DNA of 64,000 nucleotides from Orbicella franksi (Eukaryota): NCBI GenBank assembly GCA_964199315.1, contig OZ116699.1, positions 26,598,001 to 26,662,000 of the forward strand, read 5' to 3'. Shown piece by piece: positions 60,531 to 64,000 of this stretch (position 1 is its first letter; each line of letters starts with the position of its first letter). The notes under the pieces were generated by a model. It saw only the letters and a program-made list of their open reading frames with translations, ran no database searches and was not told where the DNA came from. The position numbers and the translations under genes were made by a program.

Positions 60531-62164
60531 CTACTGCGTTTTATCCTTGTGTCCATCGCGTTCTCTCTGTTTACACTTTAAGCTTCTAAATAAACTGTTC
60601 TTTTTCTTTGCCTTGACGTTCAATCCCATGAGATCACCGCACACTCTAATCAAGATCTTTGTTTTCTTTTTCTTTTTTAACTTTTTCTTTGGTTTAAGCA
60701 GCGGAAAAGGCCATAGTACCGGCCAATGGTGAGGATAAGTCTGAGGCCATGTAACAGGAAAAACAGGAGGCGATGACGTAATTGGTATGCACTTGCCGAT
60801 TCCAAAGTGATCGCTACATAACATCTTGTCACAGCATTCCCAGTTTTGATGACACATGCCGTTTTCCTGTACGCACCAGCGAAGAAACTGGGATAAGAAG
60901 ATAATATTAGTAGTTGTCCGTTTAAATTTGGTGTTTAAAACAGCTCTCATTGACGTAAATGCTTTTAAACACTGTTTTAAGTTAAAGGAGCTCATTCACG
61001 GTGTTTTGTGTTACTTTGGCAACGCACCAAACTACCTTTAAACTAGAGTAACCCTGAAAATAGCAAGTAGTTTACTAAGACTGAAAAACGTCAAAGACAT
61101 AATAACGAATCAAAAAGGAACGAGGGTGGTTAAGGATGGAGAAGGTTAACACGGATTACAAATGAAGAACTTGAAAAATTAAGGCTAAACTTTTCAAGAT
61201 GCGGAAAGCGTGACGTTGTTCTTTTAACTTGTGTCCCATTTGAGATTTTTTGGAAGTTCTGAGGGAGTCGACAGAGGGTGCCATGTTGCACAAGATGTAC
61301 TATGGAGATGGCTTCAACCCAACCATACGAGCCGTATGTCATGTACTGTTATGATCTGTGACGTTTTTCGTCGAATTCAAAACTCTCCTTAATTAATATT
61401 GTGGGATTTATTAATTCACACACTGAGAACCAAAACAAAGCAGCCTTAAGAGTTTCTATACTTTTTTCTCCATACCAGGTCGTTGTTGTACTTTGTAATT
61501 GTTGAACCTGATTCCAATTCATCAAAGAAAAAAAAAGGACAGCAGAACAGAAACATGAGCTCTATAAACGTCACAAATAAACATGCACAGGCACTCATTT
61601 ATAATTTTCTATCAAGATCATCTCAGGTTGTCTTGGACTTTCAATATCGTTTCTACAATTTTCCTCCAACTAAAATACAGATGGGAGGGTGAAGCAAGAC
61701 CCTGGAAGTGACATTCGTCGTTTAGATTCAAAGTGGAAAGTACCAGCAAGCAAAACTAATCATATAATTAAGATTATTAAAAACTTCATCATTGGACAGC
61801 GCAATTCAAGAGTTCTCATTGGCTTAGCCATCATTGTATATGAGTCATTATACCATGCCCTGCAAATACGGTAAGCGTACGTGTAATTTTGGAGGGCGTT
61901 TTTATTTTTATTTTAGTTTAGTTTTCTATATTTTGGGGGCGTTTTCAATAAGACAATTATTCCACTCGCGCTGCCCTCGCGCTTGTTGGACATGATATGA
62001 TTATCGGTAGCCGACTCGGAGCTACCCGCAATCTATCATCTCATAATCCAACACGAAGCGTAAGTGGAATAATTGTTAAATATTCTTACCTGCGATTGGC
62101 TATAAACTTCAGCAAAAGGCACCAAGAAAGAGACGCAGAAAAACAAGAAATTCCTCGCTGCCAT
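60531..62164 (-). CDS. Secreted knottin (ICK) peptide with Pro/Trp linker and poly-Lys tail, 143 aa
   Basis: Exon 1 62164-62090 (MAARNFLFFCVSFLVPFAEVYSQSQ, donor CAG|GTAAGA, phase 0). Exon 2 60887-60531 (acceptor TCTTCTTATCCCAG|, phase 0) encodes FLRW-CVQENGMCHQNWECCDKMLCSDHFGIGKC-IPITSSPPVFPVTWPQTYPHHWPVLWPFPLL-KPKKKLKKKKKTK...KDKTQ*. Confidence 0.8.
61771..62082. mobile_element. Dispersed repeat inserted in the knottin gene intron
   Basis: Internal hairpin ACAATTATTCCACT...AGTGGAATAATTGT. It resembles an abundant coral repeat (recalled, not searched). Confidence 0.6.
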
Positions 62165-62809
62165 TCTAAAATATAAAAATCCGTGATCAATCGTACAACA
62201 AGTGCAGCTCAAGTATATGTTAACCATTTTGTATTCATCGAACTGATCAGTTCGACTTAATCGTATAGCTTTAAATTCTTACATTTGCGGTGGTGAAGCC
62301 GCCCTTAATTGTGTCTCAGCTTCCATCATCTGTAGCTGTGATTGTCAACAACAAGTCCGTGAGGTGGTGACCGCCAGAACTGTTCAATATCTACTCACCA
62401 TAACGCTATGTTAAAAATTGACTAAACCGATGTGGTTTCTGTTACCTGCCTGTCTCTTTCAACAAGTTGGCGATCCAACTCGACAAAACGTATACTAAAT
62501 AAGTCAAACTTACTGAGCTTATGTATATTGTACAGCAACCTTTCACTAACCTGAACTGTCATAAATGTAAATTACTATATAGTCACCGTACCTCAATCAA
62601 TTGAGTGGCTTGGGGGAGTGATGCAATCTTCAAGAACACGACCAAACCGGGTTACGATTCCAGGTAGCGAGGTCAACTCTGACCTCTACTACCTGATGTT
62701 TCCACGTTTCATCTTGTACCAGCGATAGGAAATTCTGGTACCAAGAGTGGATAAAGAGTAAGACAGTCTGTCGATTCTCTCACCCTTCATCTCGCTTGTT
62801 TATACCTAA

Positions 62810-63160
62810 GGCCCCATCCACACTTCATTCAACTTCTACGGTTAGGCCTACCGTCCACACTAACACGTCACGAAAACGGAGCTTTTCGAAAATACTCTTT
62901 AAACCGGAGAAATTTGGAACCGCTGGCTTTGCCTTTTATTGTGAACGGAAAACGTTTTGAAAACGGATCTTTTCGAAACACTAACGTGACGATAACTTGA
63001 TGCCATTTCCCTGCCCGCATTTTCCTCAAACACAGATCCAAAATGACCAGTGATTGCTGCGTTTTCAAATTTCTCCGGCTTAGTGTGGACCGAAAACATT
63101 TGATGCTTTTTCAAAGTGTAAACTTCGCTTACAATTTCTCAGACTTAGTTAGACGGGGCG
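62810..63160. mobile_element. PIF/Harbinger-like MITE
   Basis: TAA|GGCCCCATCCACACT ... AGTTAGACGGGGCG|TAA: short TIRs with an apparent TAA target duplication. Confidence 0.7.
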
Positions 63161-64000
63161 TAAGAATTGAACGCTTGACATTCATTTACATTCAAATGTA
63201 GAGACCTCAAATTGATAATGTTTACAGGCAATGCGTGCATTTCTGCATATGTGTTTTGTAGTATCACTCGAGTAATGTTTGAATGTACGTCGTCTTTCTG
63301 TTTCACTCGTGTGCTTGTTTCAATATGCGGGAGATCGAAAGTTCGATATTCAATTAACTGTAAGGAATCAGTTTTTATCTTAAAGGACGCTTAACGTCGC
63401 AGATGCTCAAATAAATTTACATTTATTATTAGAGTCGTACACGTGAGAACAATTTTCATTTTTCCCTGGTCTTCAAAAAGTCTGTTTTTCTTGTCATTAA
63501 CCCGCACCACGTCACGCTTTGGAAGAAACAGTTTTCTATCTTTTATTCCACGTGATTTATCACTGTCGTTCTCTTTATTGCTACCAAATAAAGGAGTAGG
63601 AAAATCGAGACATATCATATCACCACTTTTTGCTTCGTAACCCGGGTTTCGTAAGTGGAAAATTGCTAAAACGTAAGGTGCTGAAACCGGATGGAACCGG
63701 GATGAAATTTCAGTCTTCCCTAAGGAAATGAAATTCGCCTTGTAAGTGGCCCTTCGCTGAAATGATCAGAGTATGCGTTTTCTCCTTATTAGGGAAAGTG
63801 CCTCTCGCCTTTCCTTCAGCTTATTCTAACAAAAGGCAAGTTCTCTGGTGTACGTAGTGATCAGTAATCAGTTGAAGTAGAGTACTGTACAGTGATGACG
63901 AGATGGAAAAACAAGCATTAACTGCCTTTCACCGCTGTCTCATCTATCTTCTGATTTGTTTTGTGGGCATCCTGGCAGGTGCGACACTTTTCCTTGATAC

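Noticed and set aside
61130-61342. 70-aa minus-strand ORF in the knottin intron as an extra exon
   Set aside because: Joining from the 61476 donor creates immediate stops, no suitable donor returns to exon 2, and the sequence has no recognisable features.
61744-61789. Minus-strand MKFLIILII*LVLLA|G, an apparent signal-peptide exon with a premature TGA
   Set aside because: Its 5' half overlaps the AT-rich end of the repeat at 61771-62082, it contains a stop, and an intact signal exon exists at 62164-62090. Probably coincidence.

Overview
Eukaryotic, AT-rich, intron-rich DNA, most likely from a scleractinian coral. The taxon is inferred from the SINE/MITE repertoire and the cnidarian-type domain mix. 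No prokaryotic features (CRISPR, operons, rRNA) are visible. I rebuilt exon chains by hand from GT-AG sites and reading-frame phase; coordinates are manual counts and need RNA-seq confirmation. (1) Gene A (+, ~2714-12386, 13 coding exons, ~1100 aa) is a secreted low-complexity protein with acidic Ser-Gly clusters and one ShKT domain. (2) Gene B (+, ~17829-52218, ~42 exons, ~2800 aa) is a giant secreted mosaic: low-complexity region with ~12 LPPL(N/M/H)H repeats, 2 C-type lectins, 2 pentraxin/LamG-like domains, 2 PA14, LamG, EGF, WSC and a terminal PLAT, with no transmembrane segment. Its apparent start codon is one base out of frame. (3) A 253-aa single-coding-exon gene sits antisense inside a Gene B intron. 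(4) A small spliced gene (-, 60531-62164) encodes signal peptide + inhibitor-cystine-knot + Pro/Trp linker + poly-Lys tail. (5) There is a possible first exon of a divergent gene at the left edge. (6) Many SINEs and MITEs, an L2-like LINE fragment split by a nested insertion, and microsatellites are present. The most interesting signals are the knottin/polycation peptide, the LPPLNH array and a recurring basic-x-x-Ile-Pro motif shared by Genes A and B.
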